NCBI GenBank assembly: GCA_030613005.1
Contig: JAUWMV010000005.1
Span: 33,047 to 65,046 of the forward strand
Reading direction: 5' to 3'
DNA: 32,000 nucleotides
Origin: a bacterium
GTDB lineage: Bacteria > UBP14 > UBA6098 > B30-G16
Shown: piece after piece, positions 27,315-32,000 of the stretch
How the letters are laid out: each line of letters begins with the position of its first letter
Position numbering within the stretch: position 1 is the stretch's first letter
The notes under the pieces: generated by a model
Told to the model about the DNA's origin: nothing
The model's database searches: none
What the model saw: the letters and a program-made list of their open reading frames with translations, nothing else
Made by a program: the position numbers and the translations under genes

Positions 27315-30300
27315 TTACCGCATTCTTACAGCGATAGATCGTTGAACGAATTTCTTACCCTCAGAATCTTTAGCAGTGATCTTGTAAATATAACTTCCAT
27401 TTGCAATCTGATCGTTGGAGTTATCTTGCCCTGTCCATGGTAGTGCGTGGTATCCTGGAGTTGTAGGACCAGCGAATTTCTTTACGAGTCTTCCTCTGAG
27501 AGTGAAAACCTCGACCTTAAGAGACTGAACGGGTCGCAAGAGTGTGTAAATTATCTCAGTGTAATCCTTAAACGGATTAGGATAGTTGATGATACCGGTC
27601 AGTGGATTTCCTCTACCGACAGTGAGTTCACATGAAGCCATGTTGTCTTTTTCGTTTGTCTCGCCAATTATAGAATCGGGATCGATGTATACGTATGCTC
27701 GCTCGTACCAGTTGTTCATTGGATATGTGAAAGAGACTGTTGCAAAACTATCTGCCTGGATTGCAAGGATGGCAATATACTGGTCTTCACCAACCTGTAT
27801 ACCATTTTGATCGGTAATACGCACTGGAACATTTTCGAGCTTCATATTTCCCTTATAGTGGACTTTCACATTAAGAATTGCATCGTCGCCAATATCATTA
27901 ATTTGGTTTGCGAGAGAGATGTCTTCATCCGAGATATACAGATTGGCGCCATAGTAAAGTGTTTCAGGATCAGTCTCAGTGAACTTTCGACGGTCGTCCA
28001 CGATTGTTGTTCTTGCTAACCCAGTAGGTTCTATCATAGGTCCGTAAAATTCGGCAACGGTGGTATAACATATTTCAAGAGATCGTTGAATTTCTGTTGT
28101 AGGTACAGAAAGTTTAATCGGTATATCGAACCTTTTGCCGGGAGGCATATCGGGTGGTTCTATAATTAACCTTTTCTTAATAGTATCGAAATTGTATGTG
28201 AATGGTGTCGATGTTGAAACGAATTCCGCATCTTTGCCTATGTTGACGATGACCTTTGGATCAGATGCAAGGTCGTTCCCCGGATTGCCTATAGTAACTG
28301 TAACAACCATTTCATTTTCACCCTGATGGAGAGCGAAATAACCGTCAGGTCTAACTTCCTCACCGTTGACTTCGGTTATCGCCTTGAAAGGAGTGATTTG
28401 GGGACCTTGAGCTGAAATCCAGAATTTAGAGCCTCTACCTTCACGTTCGATGCTAGCCCAGTCGTTATATCGTATTATTGGAGAATTTGAGACTAGGAGT
28501 TTATCATCTCCTCGAATAGGATCAGTTACCGCCTTGATACCAAACCAGAGAGAATTGTGTTCCTTAGTAGGAAATTCAATTATATCTGATGGCAGAGTGA
28601 GAGTAAGAGTAGAATCTGAATAACTTCCGCTAACTGAAGAATATGCAGTATCGAAGAGTGCTACTTCAGGTTTATGCCAATCCCAAACAGCGGATACCGG
28701 TGTTGGAACGCTAACAAAACCTTCTAACGAATCCTCGAATTCAGTAAGTTTTGCTGGTGCAATTACAAAGGGTGGTGTGGTATTTCTTCCCCATCGGACA
28801 ATTGCGAATTTGGAGGATGGTGCTTCAATTGTTGAAGGGAAACCATCTCCTATCTTAGTGTCGTATTCTCTCACGTTAGCAGTGATTTTGAATGGTATAT
28901 CATAGACATCAACTTGAAGTGAAGGATCGATGCGTAGATGGAAAATGAAGTAAACTCTTCTTGAACTAAGAACTTCTGGTATACTAGCTGAGCCGTCTTC
29001 GTTCCCAATCATGAATAGCATTTCTCGTTCGGAGGAATTGAAACGCCAACCGGCTCGGAATGTTCGAGGATCGTCTCCGGGAAGCCACTCCTCGGTGGAT
29101 GGATCGTAATGTGCTGGTACGAAAGGTCTGGGATATGCCGAATACCATAAAACAGGTTCAGTAGAACCAAGCTCTGATAAATCTGGTTTGCAGGTAATAT
29201 CATCCCAAATTAATCCACTTGCATTATCCACCTCTACGATAGTTGTTAGAATCGCTCCGGTTATTTCCTTAGGATATCCAGCTTCAACAAGGAAATGGTC
29301 GTCTGGAAGGTCTTCTGCCCACGGAATTGCGGTTACAGTCACTGATTCACGTGTTGGGTCAATCCTTGAATGATTAATAACATCCGGCTCGAACAATGAA
29401 GATGGATCTCTGCCACCAATATGTGCTATAATTGTAGCTTGTCCATTTGAAAATGCGTTAGCCCATGGATCGTAAAGCTCGTTGAATTTGTGCGGTTCGT
29501 TTTTATCGTAGATTTCATACCTTAGAAATATTGTATCTAAATATAGCGAGACAATAGTAGGCGTTACATCACGATTAATAGCAATATGATGACCTCGAGC
29601 TTCCGCAAACAATGCATGTGACCATTGTACCCAAGGTGAACCACCAAATATTTCCTCATTAACCAGAACAGCTCCATCATTAACTTTTACTGGACCTTCC
29701 CAACCGGAACCTTCCCAAATAGCTCGGATCGTTAGATGAGTTTCACCAAGTTTCTCAGGGAGATCGTCACCATAAGAGGAATCCGGTCCCGGATTCCAAC
29801 CCTTATGTGCATGTGCAAGATCACCCTCGATTGTAACAGTTGTATCCCATGGATTTAACCAATAGTCGATTTCTGCGTCTTCGCCATCGCCGGGTGGAAA
29901 TATGTCATGAAGATATCCTGTACTACTAACGAATCTGTCACCTTTGTCATCCATCCAATCGTCGACGCCATCAAAGTCGTCATCGTCGAGAGCAGGAGGA
30001 ATTAATATCTGTGGACAGTATATTTCGTATTTAAATGGATATTCCAACACATAAACTGCAGTATCGATAAGTGAATTTGTGTCTATAAGAGTAACATACT
30101 CCGGGAATATATGCTCCCAATCGAATTCGCCTGTAATTGCATCTCTTGGTAATTTTATGGAATAATCTCCTATTCCTTTTGGTATGGTTACAACAACATA
30201 TCCGAAGACTCCATCGCCGAGAGAGTCGGGAACAGTCGATGTTCTATCCCAACCGCGATCCCACGTGTTTATATAATCGTAATCAAACTGACCGAGATCG

Positions 30301-32000
30301 TATCCCACATTAGCAAGCCAATAATAGGTGTATTCCGTGGATGCTGTAACCTTGAAATCTATATATGCTTCGTCATTAGAAGGTAATGCTGGTAACTGCG
30401 TTCCGGAACCGGGATCGATAATTTTATATGCTTGGTTTACGTATTCAAATTGAAGAGGGTTAGGTAGTGGAGCGTAGTATGTGTAACTGACTCTTATGGG
30501 TTCGTATCTATACTGTCCCCAAATTGTTTTGTAAGTAACCTTACCGTAAGTTGTATCCTCATCCGGTGGGAATGGCGATTTCATCGTAGGTTCGTGACCA
30601 CCAAGGTTCATTACAGCGATATACGCTCTTCTTGGATATGGAATAATGCCTGCATCGATTTGAGTCGTATCCCAAACTGGAGGTCGGTAAGATGTATCTG
30701 GTACAAATCTGAAGCCTTCATAACTGCGTATTGTCATATAAATAAGTCTTACAAATACAGGTTTATCAACGTCTTCAGGTTGATGTTCCATCCACCATTG
30801 CCAGTTTTCATAGTAATAACCGGTATCAGCTGGTGCCCTATCACCTGTTGAAAGTCCGAGATTTTTTCCCGCGCCTTTTGCCATTTCTAACAGTGGTGGA
30901 GGATCTATCCATAATTCCCAACTAACATACGGGTCAAACCAACCGTAACCAATGACTTGTCCGATGTTCCAAACTAATCTCCATGCACGAATTTTATCAT
31001 CTGGGTCCTCAACTTCAAAAATGCCATCACCATCGCTATCTACCGGCCTAATTCCGTCATGATCGATGTCTTCGTATTCGTTGCTCCACGGATTGAACCA
31101 GTATATTTCAACTAATTCTACCGAATCATATTTTGGATGAATAGTTGAGAAGTTCAACCATGCATCGGGATCGCCATCTTTGTCCATGTCATATGTGACA
31201 ATTGTGGGACGTATACCAGCGGATGAGTCTGCAGTTCCTCGAAGAACGTCTACGAATTTTCCGCCTGGTGTCCGAATAATAGGAATTTCTCGACTTCCAA
31301 CCCAGTAAATTGGAACATCGAGAGGTATATGTTGAACATATTTTGTATTCAAAGCGGATGTTCGTTCTTTGTTTTCCATTGTCATGAAAATTTTGAACGG
31401 TTGGTAATATTCACCCAAAATATTTTTCCAGTTGAGATCAGCATCCGCAAGAATATTGGCACTGAAGAGGACCATAGTCCAGAGATCGTATCTGTGGTCG
31501 AAATCAGTTCTGCAGTCGGATTCTTCATAAGATACAATTCCAGATGAAGGTCTTAGATACTGTCCTTTAAGGTTTTCCCTCAAATCATCAACCTTCGGAT
31601 CAGTGATATCAGGAGTTCTGAGTCTATATTCTATTGTTTTGACATCTCCAGCGGATAGTCGTCCCAGTGTCCATGAGATATTGTTGCCTGAAACAGTCGG
31701 TGGAGGACCAGTGGGACAATCCACATAGTATAGATAGCCACTCTTGTATTCGCTCAATTTGACATCGTCAACACCTTCATTCCACAAGTTTCTTGTGCGA
31801 ACAGTTATAGTAATTGTAACGGAATCATCTGCAGGAATTGCAAATGGTGCTACATGTGTAGATTCGGGTAGTGTAACTGGACTGTGAACTTTTCGTTGAT
31901 GTAAGACTTTGTGGGAAAATGCACTCAGGACTGCATTAGCTGTCCACAACCATTGATTGTTGTCCTCTGTTTGGACAATACCTGCTGTGGGCATTCCCGC
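27315..32000 (-). CDS. Giant secreted surface protein (>1561 aa, N-terminus outside the window): DUF11/CARDB-like beta-sandwiches, Asp-rich Ca-binding-like loops, a large unassigned core and a FlgD-Ig/type A T9SS C-terminal domain
   Basis: The ORF stays open to the window edge, with codons GCG GGA before ATG 31994 and no signal peptide at that Met. CARDB-like NVKVHYKGNMKLENVPVRI...YVYIDPDSIIGETNEKDNMAS (about 27618-27956). CTD INYPNPFKDYTEIIYTL...VEVFTLRGRLVKKF...GYHALPWTGQDNSNDQIANGSYIYKITAKD (27318-27608). Asp-rich loops DIDHDGIRPVDSDGDGI (about 31022-31075) and DDDDFDGVDDWMDDKGD (about 29941-29991). Confidence 0.8.
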   Translation of the reverse strand, partial: AGMPTAGIVQTEDNNQWLWTANAVLSAFSHKVLHQRKVHSPVTLPESTHVAPFAIPADDSVTITITVRTRNLWNEGVDDVKLSEYKSGYLYYVDCPTGPPPTVSGNNISWTLGRLSAGDVKTIEYRLRTPDITDPKVDDLRENLKGQYLRPSSGIVSYEESDCRTDFDHRYDLWTMVLFSANILADADLNWKNILGEYYQPFKIFMTMENKERTSALNTKYVQHIPLDVPIYWVGSREIPIIRTPGGKFVDVLRGTADSSAGIRPTIVTYDMDKDGDPDAWLNFSTIHPKYDSVELVEIYWFNPWSNEYEDIDHDGIRPVDSDGDGIFEVEDPDDKIRAWRLVWNIGQVIGYGWFDPYVSWELWIDPPPLLEMAKGAGKNLGLSTGDRAPADTGYYYENWQWWMEHQPEDVDKPVFVRLIYMTIRSYEGFRFVPDTSYRPPVWDTTQIDAGIIPYPRRAYIAVMNLGGHEPTMKSPFPPDEDTTYGKVTYKTIWGQYRYEPIRVSYTYYAPLPNPLQFEYVNQAYKIIDPGSGTQLPALPSNDEAYIDFKVTASTEYTYYWLANVGYDLGQFDYDYINTWDRGWDRTSTVPDSLGDGVFGYVVVTIPKGIGDYSIKLPRDAITGEFDWEHIFPEYVTLIDTNSLIDTAVYVLEYPFKYEIYCPQILIPPALDDDDFDGVDDWMDDKGDRFVSSTGYLHDIFPPGDGEDAEIDYWLNPWDTTVTIEGDLAHAHKGWNPGPDSSYGDDLPEKLGETHLTIRAIWEGSGWEGPVKVNDGAVLVNEEIFGGSPWVQWSHALFAEARGHHIAINRDVTPTIVSLYLDTIFLRYEIYDKNEPHKFNELYDPWANAFSNGQATIIAHIGGRDPSSLFEPDVINHSRIDPTRESVTVTAIPWAEDLPDDHFLVEAGYPKEITGAILTTIVEVDNASGLIWDDITCKPDLSELGSTEPVLWYSAYPRPFVPAHYDPSTEEWLPGDDPRTFRAGWRFNSSEREMLFMIGNEDGSASIPEVLSSRRVYFIFHLRIDPSLQVDVYDIPFKITANVREYDTKIGDGFPSTIEAPSSKFAIVRWGRNTTPPFVIAPAKLTEFEDSLEGFVSVPTPVSAVWDWHKPEVALFDTAYSSVSGSYSDSTLTLTLPSDIIEFPTKEHNSLWFGIKAVTDPIRGDDKLLVSNSPIIRYNDWASIEREGRGSKFWISAQGPQITPFKAITEVNGEEVRPDGYFALHQGENEMVVTVTIGNPGNDLASDPKVIVNIGKDAEFVSTSTPFTYNFDTIKKRLIIEPPDMPPGKRFDIPIKLSVPTTEIQRSLEICYTTVAEFYGPMIEPTGLARTTIVDDRRKFTETDPETLYYGANLYISDEDISLANQINDIGDDAILNVKVHYKGNMKLENVPVRITDQNGIQVGEDQYIAILAIQADSFATVSFTYPMNNWYERAYVYIDPDSIIGETNEKDNMASCELTVGRGNPLTGIINYPNPFKDYTEIIYTLLRPVQSLKVEVFTLRGRLVKKFAGPTTPGYHALPWTGQDNSNDQIANGSYIYKITAKDSEGKKFVQRSIAVRMR

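Noticed and set aside
20546-32000. Zinc-metalloprotease (HEXXH) or other obvious catalytic motifs in the two giant surface proteins
   Set aside because: I scanned both translations by eye and found no HEXXH. The closest string, GGHEPTM, does not fit. I therefore make no enzymatic call.
1-32000. CRISPR arrays, tandem DNA repeats, rRNA genes or prophage genes
   Set aside because: No periodic direct repeats or spacer structure are visible, no GC-rich structured-RNA islands, and no phage or transposon protein signatures appear in any long ORF. The repeats in the 1301-aa protein are visible only at the diverged protein level.

Overview
AT-rich chromosomal segment (GC judged by eye, not computed), apparently from an uncultivated FCB-superphylum-like bacterium. 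That guess rests on T9SS C-terminal sorting domains of both classes combined with strong GGAGG Shine-Dalgarno sites. I support 19 protein-coding genes plus one 5' gene stub. I saw no rRNA, tRNA, CRISPR array, transposase, integrase or DNA-level repeat family. Minus-strand block 14126->2379: trkH-trkA, then gcvH-gcvPA-[two DUF3857/transglutaminase-like exported proteins]-[S41 C-terminal processing protease]-gcvPB. Plus-strand genes: GT4 glycosyltransferase, queA, phoH, a TPR protein, glnA, a small frameshifted T9SS cargo, dinB, a 1293-1301 aa vWA/Ig-repeat surface protein with a type B T9SS tail, and two translationally coupled CNNM/CorC paralogues. The right end holds a >1561 aa, largely unrecognisable surface protein (CARDB plus FlgD-Ig/type A T9SS tail, minus strand) that runs off the window. 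Most worth a second look: (1) the three-gene exported-protease module splitting the glycine-cleavage P-protein genes, with an apparently active/inactive transglutaminase-fold pair; (2) the accessory-looking right third (18.7-32 kb), with three T9SS cargo genes, a 610-bp non-coding gap and tandem CNNM genes; (3) a GT-dinucleotide frameshift that cuts off the sorting tail of the small cargo gene. All family assignments come from motif recognition by eye; no database search was run.
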